A program made the translations under genes and the position numbers. Below are positions 6,738-13,413 of a stretch of 13,413 nt of DNA, piece by piece (position 1 is the stretch's first letter; each line of letters begins with the position of its first letter). The DNA is from an uncultured bacterium (lineage in GTDB: Bacteria > Nitrospirota > Thermodesulfovibrionia > Thermodesulfovibrionales > JdFR-86). The notes beneath the pieces were generated by a model. It saw nothing but the letters and a program-made list of their open reading frames with translations, searched no databases and was not told the origin of the DNA. The stretch lies in assembly GCA_965372535.1 (NCBI GenBank), contig CBDVCR010000084.1, positions 1-13,413 of the forward strand, read 5' to 3'.

Positions 6738-7845
6738 CCGCAGGCTTGCCGCAAACTTCGACTGGGTGGTCTTCGGCGCCGTGCTGGCGCTTTCGCTTAC
6801 GGGCATAATGACCATTTACAGCGCCACCCGCCCTCTTCCGGGCGGGGTACAGCCGCAGTATTACATAAAGCAGACGTACTGGCTGCTCATCGGGCTGTTG
6901 TCGATGCTCGGGGCTTTCAGCGTGGACTACGCCTGGTTTAACAGGCACGCAAGGCTTATCTACGGCATATGCCTCGGCCTGCTCGTCCTGGTGCTCATAA
7001 CGGGCAGGACCGGCATGGGGGCGCAAAGGTGGATATACCTGGGGCCGATAGGGTTTCAGCCCAGCGAGTTTTTCAAGCTCGCCCTCATTATCGCGCTCGC
7101 CTACTGTTTCAGCCGCCACGCCGGCAGTCTCGGCTTCGGCGGCATATCCTTTGCTTTTTCGGTCTACGCCCTGCCGCCCCTGCTTCTGCTCCTTAAGCAG
7201 CCGGACCTTGGCACCGGCATGGTCCTCATGGCCCTTTTCGTCCTTGTCGCGCTGGCCAAGGGGATAAGGAAAAAGGTCATCGCCCTCGTGGTGGCCGTCT
7301 CGGTCGCGGCAGCGCCCTTTGCGGGCGCCATCGCCTGGGACAGGCTCAAGGATTACCAGAAAGAACGCATCCTGGCCTTCCTCCAGCCGGAGAAAGACCC
7401 CGGGGGCATGGGCTACCACATAACCCAGTCCAAGGTCGCGGTGGGCTCCGGCAGGGTGGCGGGCAAGGGCTACCTCAGGGGCACCCAGGGGCCTTTCAGG
7501 TTCCTGCCGGAGAAGCACACTGACTTCATCTTTTCCATATTCGCCGAGGAATGGGGGTTCATCGGGAGCCTTTTCCTGCTCCTTTGCTACCTGCTGCTCA
7601 TCCTCCGGGGCGTGCATATAGCGTTTCTTGCCAAGGACGAGTTCGGCCGCCTGCTGGCCCTCGGGATTACGTCCATGTTCGCGGTATACTGGTTCGTAAA
7701 CATCGGCATGACCCTCGGGGTAATGCCCGTGGTGGGCCTGCCCCTTCCGTTCATGAGCTACGGCGGCACGGCCATGGTCAGCAACTTTATCGCCGCCGGC
7801 ATCCTGATGGGCATCCGCGCCCGCAGGTTCGAGCTGTTTTATTAG
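6712..7845 (+). CDS. rodA: Rod shape-determining protein RodA (SEDS family glycosyltransferase)
   Basis: Multi-TM; GAQRWIYLGPIGFQPSEFFKLALI, KQPDLGTGMVL, HTDFIFSIFAEEWGFIG, LPLPFMSYGGTAMVSNF. Start could be 6712 or 6727 (MRIDRRL), both overlapping the PBP2 end. Confidence 0.96.
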   Translation: MRMPWMRIDRRLAANFDWVVFGAVLALSLTGIMTIYSATRPLPGGVQPQYYIKQTYWLLIGLLSMLGAFSVDYAWFNRHARLIYGICLGLLVLVLITGRTGMGAQRWIYLGPIGFQPSEFFKLALIIALAYCFSRHAGSLGFGGISFAFSVYALPPLLLLLKQPDLGTGMVLMALFVLVALAKGIRKKVIALVVAVSVAAAPFAGAIAWDRLKDYQKERILAFLQPEKDPGGMGYHITQSKVAVGSGRVAGKGYLRGTQGPFRFLPEKHTDFIFSIFAEEWGFIGSLFLLLCYLLLILRGVHIAFLAKDEFGRLLALGITSMFAVYWFVNIGMTLGVMPVVGLPLPFMSYGGTAMVSNFIAAGILMGIRARRFELFY

Positions 7846-7846
7846 C

Positions 7847-7878
7847 GCCCCGTGAAAAGACGCTTTTCGGCGCGGGGC
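7847..7878. terminator. Putative bidirectional hairpin between the convergent rodA and rpoD genes
   Basis: GAAAAG-acg-CTTTTC inner stem (7854-7868) with outer GCCCCG (7847-7852)/CGGGGC (7873-7878) arms, located in the 32-nt gap between the two stop codons. Confidence 0.5.
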
Positions 7879-9386
7879 TAATGCCTTTCGAGGAAGCCCT
7901 TCAGCCACCTGCTCCGCGAGGGGTGCTTGAGTTTCCTCAGGGCCTTGACCTCTATCTGCCTTATGCGCTCGCGGGTGACGGCAAACTCCTGGCCTATTTC
8001 CTCGAGGGTGTGGGGCATGTCGGTGCCGATGCCGAAGCGGCTCCTCAGAATGCGCTCCTCCTTGGGGCTCAGGGTCAGGAGCGCCCTGTTGACCTGGAAT
8101 TTGAGGTCGTCCTGTATGGCGGAGTCCAGGGGCGAGGCGGTGGTCCTGTCCTCGATGAAGTCCCCAAGGGAGCTGTCCTCTTCCTCTCCCACCGGGGTCT
8201 CCAGCGATATGGGCTCCTTGGAAATCCTCTGTATCGCCTTTACCTTATCAAGGGGCATCCTGAGCCTCTCGGCCAGCTCCTCGGGGGAGGGCTCGTGCCC
8301 GAGCTGCTGCACTATCTCGCGCGTGGTGCGCACCAGCCTGTTGATGGTCTCCACCATGTGCACCGGTATCCTGATGGTCCGGGACTGGTCGGCCAGCGCC
8401 CTGGTGATGGCCTGCCTTATCCACCAGGTGGCGTAGGTGCTGAACTTGTAGCCCCGGGAGTACTCGAACTTGTCCACGGCCCGCATGAGGCCGATGTTTC
8501 CCTCCTGTATGAGGTCGGGAAGGCTCATGCCCTTGCCCATGTGCCGCTTGGCGATGCTTATGACAAGCCTGAGGTTGGCCTCGGTAAGCTCCCGCTTGGC
8601 CTCAAGCAGGCTCTCCTCCTCCCGCAGGATGCGGCCGAGCACTCCGGTCATTTCCTCCGCCGGCACGCCGAGGAGGGCTGAGACGCACTCAAGCCCGCCT
8701 TTCCACGCCAGGTAGTCCTCGCAGAGCTTTATCACCCCGGGGGGCTTTTTGCCCCCGGGCGGCGCCTTCAGCCTGTCGACCCGGATGCGGTGGGCCTTGA
8801 GTTCCTTGTTCGCCTCTTTGAGCTTCGAGGCAAGCTCCCGGGCCTCCAGCAAGTGCTTCTTTATCTCGCCGGAGAAGGCTGTGACCACTTCCTCTCTCAG
8901 GGAAAGCCCGGATATCAGGCCGACCATATGCTCGCGGGTTTCCCCGAAGCGCCTGAGCGTGGGCTTGCCGGCCGAGCCGGAGCGTATTTTGTCCTCGTAT
9001 TTGCGGAGACTGGCGAAGGCCTTCTCCATATCGAGCGTAACGGCGTAAAAGCTCTCCCTCTCGGCGTTGACCTCCTCCGGCAGGATGTCCTCGCCGTTTT
9101 GGAGTATGTCCGCGATGGGCGCCGCGCCGCGCTCTACTTCCCTGCCCAGGGCAACGAACTTTTCCATGGTGTAGGGCAGCAGGAAGACCTCTTCCACCAG
9201 TTTCTTCCTGCCGGCCTCTATCTTCCTGGCCACTGCCACCTCGCCCTCCTTGGTCAGGAGGGTCTTGTTGGCCATCTCCCTCAGGTAGACCTTGACCGGC
9301 TCGAACTCACCCTCCGAGACGGAAGGCTTCTCCTCCGGAGCCCCCTCTATTTTCTCCTCGTGTTCGTCTTCGTATCCTCTCATCAT
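7878..9386 (-). CDS. rpoD: RNA polymerase primary sigma factor (sigma70) lacking region 1.1
   Basis: Region 1.2 [30 protein letters not shown], region 2 [76 protein letters not shown], region 4 [33 protein letters not shown]. Confidence 0.97.
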   Translation of the reverse strand: MMRGYEDEHEEKIEGAPEEKPSVSEGEFEPVKVYLREMANKTLLTKEGEVAVARKIEAGRKKLVEEVFLLPYTMEKFVALGREVERGAAPIADILQNGEDILPEEVNAERESFYAVTLDMEKAFASLRKYEDKIRSGSAGKPTLRRFGETREHMVGLISGLSLREEVVTAFSGEIKKHLLEARELASKLKEANKELKAHRIRVDRLKAPPGGKKPPGVIKLCEDYLAWKGGLECVSALLGVPAEEMTGVLGRILREEESLLEAKRELTEANLRLVISIAKRHMGKGMSLPDLIQEGNIGLMRAVDKFEYSRGYKFSTYATWWIRQAITRALADQSRTIRIPVHMVETINRLVRTTREIVQQLGHEPSPEELAERLRMPLDKVKAIQRISKEPISLETPVGEEEDSSLGDFIEDRTTASPLDSAIQDDLKFQVNRALLTLSPKEERILRSRFGIGTDMPHTLEEIGQEFAVTRERIRQIEVKALRKLKHPSRSRWLKGFLERH

Positions 9387-11053
9387 GTCCTCTGTATGAG
9401 TTTATGTCTTTCAGAATACAGCCGGGCCAGCAGCCTGAGGTCCCCGGCGTTTTGGGCGGACTGAATTTTCTCGTTCAGATGCCGCGTGTTTATCTTGAGC
9501 ACGCAGTCGTCGATGTTTTGCTCGATAAGCGATAAATCAAAGCCCGGCTCCAGAGAGAGCCTTGAGACGAGCGCCCTCTCCTCGTCGTTTTCCGCGATGT
9601 CCGTCGCCGGGCCGGAGGGCGGCGCGGCAAGGAGTTTTTCGAGGAGCCCCCTGACAAGGGCGTTCCTTATGTCTTCACGCGCTATGCGCTCGAATATCTC
9701 CCCGGTCTTCTCCGGCCTGCAAAGGGCCGCGCTCAAGAGCAGGACTTCCTCGTTACAGGGGAGCGGCCTGCCGCCTCCCGCTTTTAAGGGCGCGGAGAAG
9801 GCGCCCGTTTTTTTGAACCTGTTAAGCTCCTCCCTTATGGTAAGCTCCCTCGTCCCGGACGCCTCCGACAACTCAAGAAGCAGCTCGTCCCTCAGGAGCG
9901 GGTCGCCCACCCTGGCGATAAGGGCCACCGCCTCCCTGACGCTTTCGGCCCGCCCCGCCCCGGGTATTGCCAGTATGAACTCCACCGGGGAGCTTGCCCC
10001 AGCCATCAGTTTTCTCATGTGTTCCGCCCCCTCGCCCCTGAGGACGCTGTCGGGGTCCTCCCCATCGGGAAGCGCCAGCACCTTGCCCCTCAGGCCGTTT
10101 TCGAGCACGAGCGCAAGCGACCTCCTGGCAGCCGAAACGCCCGCAGCGTCGCCGTCGAAGACGAGCAGGACGTTTTCCGCAAGCACCGCGAGTTTCCTCA
10201 ACTGGCCCCCGGTAAGCGCGGTCCCCAGCGGGGCGACGGTGTTCGTGATGCCGTGCTGGTGGCACATTATGGCGTCCATGTATCCCTCCACCACAACCGC
10301 GTACCCCTTTTTTCTTATCTCTTCCCGCGCAGGGCCGAGGGCGTAGAGGGTCTCGCCTTTTTTAAAGAGCATGGTGTCGGGGGAGTTCAGGTACTTGGGC
10401 ATGCCGTCGCCCATGACCCTGCCGCCGAAGGCTATAGGCTCGCCGTGGACGTCGAGTATGGGGAATATCACCCTGTCTCTGAAGACATCATAGGCCCCCC
10501 GGTCGCCCCTGGCCGCAAGCCCCGCCTTAATGAGAACGTCCTCTCCGTGTCCCCCGCCCTTGAGCCGGTTAAGGAGCGTGTGCCAGCCGGGAGGGGCGTA
10601 GCCCAGCGAGAACGCCTTTACCGATTCCCCGGCAATCCCCCTGTTTTTGAGATACTCCCTTGCGCCCGCGTCCCTTGCGAGGCTTTCCTTCCAGAAGGCG
10701 AGGGCCTCGGCCTGCACCGCCTTGAGCTTCTCCCTCAACCCCCGCTCAGCCGGGTCCCGTTGCTTCAGCTCCACCCCCGCGCGCCTGGCGAGCATCTCAA
10801 GGGCATCGCGGAACTCCAGGTTTTCGCGCCGCATGAGGAACCCGAAGACATCGCCCCCCGCGCCGCAGCCGAAACAGTGGAATATCTGCTTTTCGTGGCT
10901 TACCATGAACGAAGGCGTCTTCTCCGCGTGGAATGGGCACAACCCCTTATGGTTGCGCCCCGCCCGCTTAAGCGGCACGTACTCGGATATCAGTTCAACG
11001 ATATCCAGCCTGCTCCTTATCTCCTCAACGGCGCCGTCGGAAACCATAAACAC
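9383..11053 (-). CDS. dnaG: DNA primase
   Basis: Zn-binding [11 protein letters not shown]...[27 protein letters not shown] and FDGDAAG; overlaps the rpoD start (ATGA). Start may be GTG at 11053 or the ATG at 11047. Confidence 0.96.
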   Translation of the reverse strand: MFMVSDGAVEEIRSRLDIVELISEYVPLKRAGRNHKGLCPFHAEKTPSFMVSHEKQIFHCFGCGAGGDVFGFLMRRENLEFRDALEMLARRAGVELKQRDPAERGLREKLKAVQAEALAFWKESLARDAGAREYLKNRGIAGESVKAFSLGYAPPGWHTLLNRLKGGGHGEDVLIKAGLAARGDRGAYDVFRDRVIFPILDVHGEPIAFGGRVMGDGMPKYLNSPDTMLFKKGETLYALGPAREEIRKKGYAVVVEGYMDAIMCHQHGITNTVAPLGTALTGGQLRKLAVLAENVLLVFDGDAAGVSAARRSLALVLENGLRGKVLALPDGEDPDSVLRGEGAEHMRKLMAGASSPVEFILAIPGAGRAESVREAVALIARVGDPLLRDELLLELSEASGTRELTIREELNRFKKTGAFSAPLKAGGGRPLPCNEEVLLLSAALCRPEKTGEIFERIAREDIRNALVRGLLEKLLAAPPSGPATDIAENDEERALVSRLSLEPGFDLSLIEQNIDDCVLKINTRHLNEKIQSAQNAGDLRLLARLYSERHKLIQRT

Positions 11054-11134
11054 CCGGAATCAAGTTTGGATTGATTATAAATTAAAACCGCTTAAAATAT
11101 ACATCCGGTCCTGACGCGGCCCTGCCGGGGCCTG

Positions 11135-12091
11135 TTACTTCCTGCTTACCCTGTGGAACCCGGAGCACTCCATGAACTTTACGGGGGAGTCCTTCGTGAT
11201 TTCATCGAGCAGGAGGTTGATGCCGAGGTTGTCGCTTGAGATGTGTCCCGCGATGACCATGTTGAGGTGGTGTTTCTCCGCTTCCTTGCGGTGGTCATCG
11301 CTGAAGTGCATGCCGACGATGGTGTTGATGCCGCTCTGGGAGACGCTGGCGAAGATGTCCTTTGAGCCCTCGGTGCCGCCGGTCATGTCCACGTAGACCT
11401 TGCCGGCCTTCCTCTTTTTGCCGCCGAGAATCACCGTGGGGCCCGCGCCCTGTACCGCCGCGTGCCGGTACTCGGGTATCTCCCTGAGGATGTCGAGGAT
11501 GTCGCTTAGGGCGCCGGGCTGTTTCTCGTCGAACAGCCTCTGCAGGTGGGAGGCCACCATGTTGTCCGCCGGGGTGTGGAGGTTCATCATGGGGATGCCC
11601 AGGAGCCGCGCGGCGTCCACGGCACGAGAGTGGTTTGCCGGCAGGAGCTTTCTCTGCACGTCGGAGACGCGCTTTTCCATGAGGGCCTCGGCCGTGCTTA
11701 TGGAGACGCCGAAACGGTGGAGTATGTCGGCCTGCATGTACATGACCTCGTAGAGCCTTGCGTAGGCCCGTCCCTCCGGGTGGTGGGCTATCAGGAGGTC
11801 TATGCCCTCGCCCTTTTCCCTCAGGGCGTTGGCCAGGAGGATTTCGCCCACTTCTATGTCAATGCCCACCAGGGCGCTTCCCACCTCCTCATGGCCCGCG
11901 CCGTTAAGTATCCTTGAGTCGGAATAAGGGTTTTCGAGGGCCTCGCGGTCGAAAAACTCCTTTTCGTCGCCCTTGAGTTCGTCGAAATCCTTTTTGCGCT
12001 CCTCAAGGGCCTTGAGCACCGCGTCCTTCCCCCTCGGGTCGTTCTCGATGCCCGTCTCGATGGCCTTCCTGTAAAGTTCTCCGAGCTTCAT
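11135..12091 (-). CDS. NIF3 family (NGG1p-interacting factor 3-like) protein
   Basis: VGIDIEVGEILLANALREKGEGIDLLIAHHPEGRA, NLHTPADNMVASHLQ, and the C-terminal GMHFSDDHRKEAEKHHLNMVIAGHISSDNLGINLLLDE with the expected His/Glu-rich metal-site pattern. Confidence 0.8.
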   Translation of the reverse strand: MKLGELYRKAIETGIENDPRGKDAVLKALEERKKDFDELKGDEKEFFDREALENPYSDSRILNGAGHEEVGSALVGIDIEVGEILLANALREKGEGIDLLIAHHPEGRAYARLYEVMYMQADILHRFGVSISTAEALMEKRVSDVQRKLLPANHSRAVDAARLLGIPMMNLHTPADNMVASHLQRLFDEKQPGALSDILDILREIPEYRHAAVQGAGPTVILGGKKRKAGKVYVDMTGGTEGSKDIFASVSQSGINTIVGMHFSDDHRKEAEKHHLNMVIAGHISSDNLGINLLLDEITKDSPVKFMECSGFHRVSRK

Positions 12092-12247
12092 CGCGCCTCC
12101 GCCCCGGTCATGGGTTTAAACTCCGTAGGGGGAAAATCCGCCCCGCCCGCGGACGGACATGTCACCTGTCCGCTGTTTGTCGAGTCTTCAATGCTGTCGC
12201 CGATATGTAATGGACGGCCAGGCGGACTTCCGCCCCCCGAGAGGAGG

Positions 12248-12442
12248 CTATCTCTGCCTTGCCGCATGCTTGAGCTTTTTCTTTCGTGCTGTTTCGGACT
12301 TTTTTTTCCTTTTTATGCTCGGCTTTTCGAAATACTTCCGTTTCTTAATCTCGGAGATAATGCCCGCCTGGGCGCACTGCCTTTTGAACTTCTTGAGCGC
12401 CGCCTCCAGAGGCTCGCCCTCGCCTATTCTTACCTCGGGCAT
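12248..12442 (-). CDS. rpsU: Small ribosomal subunit protein bS21
   Basis: [56 protein letters not shown]. Start trimmed from the ORF-track 12544; AGGAG-type Shine-Dalgarno upstream. Confidence 0.93.
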   Translation of the reverse strand: MPEVRIGEGEPLEAALKKFKRQCAQAGIISEIKKRKYFEKPSIKRKKKSETARKKKLKHAARQR

Positions 12443-12491
12443 ACATTTTTCAACTCCTCTCTCAAGGGAAGTAAACCATGCCCAATTTTTA

Positions 12492-12520
12492 AGAGTACCA
12501 ACAATGGAAATTCCTGTCAA
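12492..12520 (-). promoter_or_regulatory. Putative sigma70 promoter for the rpsU-led transcription unit
   Basis: On the minus strand TTGACA (complement 12515-12520), 17-nt spacer, TGG-TACTCT (complement 12492-12497; 3/6 -10 with a TGn extension). About 50 nt upstream of the rpsU start. Confidence 0.4.
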
Positions 12521-12550
12521 GGCCCGGCCGCTTTTTGCCCGCATCCGTTC

Positions 12551-12898
12551 TTAAACGGCCCCTTGACCGCCCGCCTTCTTAAGTCCGAACTCCGGCTCCC
12601 TTATCGTCGTCGCCCTGCATACGGGACACCTGCCGGGCCGGGTGAGCCTTTCGCGTTTTTTAAACACGAACCCGCACTTGTCGCATTCCGCGGGGATGAC
12701 CACAAGTTCCCGCCCGCCCTTGCCGAGGGTTTTCCGGATGTGGCCGAGGTGGCCGCAGACGTCCTTTTCGGGCACCCTCGCCTCATGGGATATGTCCCTT
12801 GCCGTGAGAGTCCGCCCCTCGATGGCGGAGACAATCTCCCTGCGCACCGTCTCAAGCCTTGCAGGGGGGACGGGCGGCCCTTTCGGTTTTTTCCTCAT
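12551..12898 (-). CDS. Predicted transcriptional regulator, HTH fused to a Zn-ribbon (COG3357-like)
   Basis: HTH-like LTARDISHEARVPEKDVCGHLGHIRKTL followed by a Zn ribbon with two Cys pairs, CDKCGFVFKKRERLTRPGRCPVCRATTIREP. Confidence 0.75.
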   Translation of the reverse strand: MRKKPKGPPVPPARLETVRREIVSAIEGRTLTARDISHEARVPEKDVCGHLGHIRKTLGKGGRELVVIPAECDKCGFVFKKRERLTRPGRCPVCRATTIREPEFGLKKAGGQGAV

Positions 12899-13413
12899 GC
12901 CCGGGCCGGCCCTATAATCTTTTCCAGCACACCGGCCCAGACCTCGTAGCCCTTCTCGCTCAGGTGCACGCCGTCGGGGGAGAGGAGTCTTATCAGGTTG
13001 CCTTCCATAAAGGCCCGGTGGACGTCGAGGTAGAGCGCCCCGGCCTCCTCGGCCAGGGACTTAAGGGACGCGTTGACCTCTTCGATTGTGCGGGGCCGCA
13101 CCCACGGAAGCATGGTGGGAAGCAGGCTGTTTGCATAGATGCGGGCATCGGGGTAGGCGTCCCTTAAACGGGCGAGGACTTCCCTGTACGCCTTAAGGAA
13201 GGATGCGCCTTCCTCCATGGCCACGTTGTTTATGCCGGTCATCAGAAAGACCTTCCCGGCCTCGGGGTGGGCGGAGGCAATGCGCGGGAGACGCTCAAGC
13301 AGCAACTCCGCGGTCTCGCCGGAAACGCCGAGGTTCGCCGCCCTGTGGCCGGGGAACCGCCTCCCCCAGTCGAAAAACTCTATCAGGGAATCGCCTATAA
13401 ACAGTATGTCCAT
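12895..13413 (-). CDS. SGNH/GDSL-family hydrolase (start at or beyond the window edge)
   Basis: Block I ILFIGDSLIE, block II ANLGVSGETA, block III LMTGINNV, block V SPDGVHLSEKGYEVW. ATG lies exactly at the edge and overlaps the next gene by 4 nt. Confidence 0.85.
   Translation of the reverse strand: MDILFIGDSLIEFFDWGRRFPGHRAANLGVSGETAELLLERLPRIASAHPEAGKVFLMTGINNVAMEEGASFLKAYREVLARLRDAYPDARIYANSLLPTMLPWVRPRTIEEVNASLKSLAEEAGALYLDVHRAFMEGNLIRLLSPDGVHLSEKGYEVWAGVLEKIIGPARA

Noticed and set aside
6547-7908. 453-aa minus-strand ORF with repeated VRVLIQRVRV
   Set aside because: Antisense shadow of rodA and the PBP2 repeat tail. The repetition is a mirror of the KPEPVEL repeat, and both sense genes are unmistakable.
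7551-8681. 376-aa plus-strand ORF over the rodA 3' end and rpoD
   Set aside because: Low-complexity P/G/H-rich product with no domain, opposite well-supported rpoD; typical high-GC antisense frame.
10019-11074. 351-aa plus-strand ORF opposite dnaG
   Set aside because: Antisense to a clear dnaG with no recognisable domain or ribosome-binding site.
12110-12949. 279-aa plus-strand ORF opposite rpsU and the Zn-ribbon gene
   Set aside because: Overlaps two strongly supported minus-strand genes and the rpsU promoter gap; composition is arbitrary.
1-13413. CRISPR arrays, tRNA/rRNA genes, transposases, phage, toxin-antitoxin or retron-like elements
   Set aside because: None recognised. The only tandem repeats are coding repeats inside PBP2, and no RNA-gene signature was found by eye.

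Overview
The window is mostly densely packed housekeeping DNA from a GC-rich Gram-negative-like bacterium (lineage not determinable from sequence alone). The left edge has an AT-rich island with a possible partial minus-strand ORF and a stand-alone H-NOX (heme-NO/O2 binding) gene. These are followed by minus-strand rdgB-like XTP/dITP diphosphatase and a plus-strand cell-shape operon, RDD membrane protein-mreB-mreC-mreD-PBP2(mrdA)-rodA, in which consecutive genes overlap. The minus strand then carries an extended macromolecular-synthesis cluster, in transcription order: SGNH/GDSL hydrolase, HTH-Zn-ribbon (COG3357-like) protein, rpsU, NIF3-like, dnaG, rpoD. I see no convincing novel multi-gene defence or mobile system. 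The points most worth following up are: (1) a solitary H-NOX with a conserved His ligand and YxSxR motif but Phe at the distal Tyr position, behind a strong promoter overlapped by a dyad; (2) a PBP2 with a 21-nt/7-aa KPEPVEL tandem-repeat tail and a separate 78-nt in-frame duplication inside its transpeptidase domain; (3) an RDD gene leading the mre operon with a possible leaderless promoter; (4) a primary sigma factor with no region 1.1; (5) a NIF3-like gene inserted between rpsU and dnaG.
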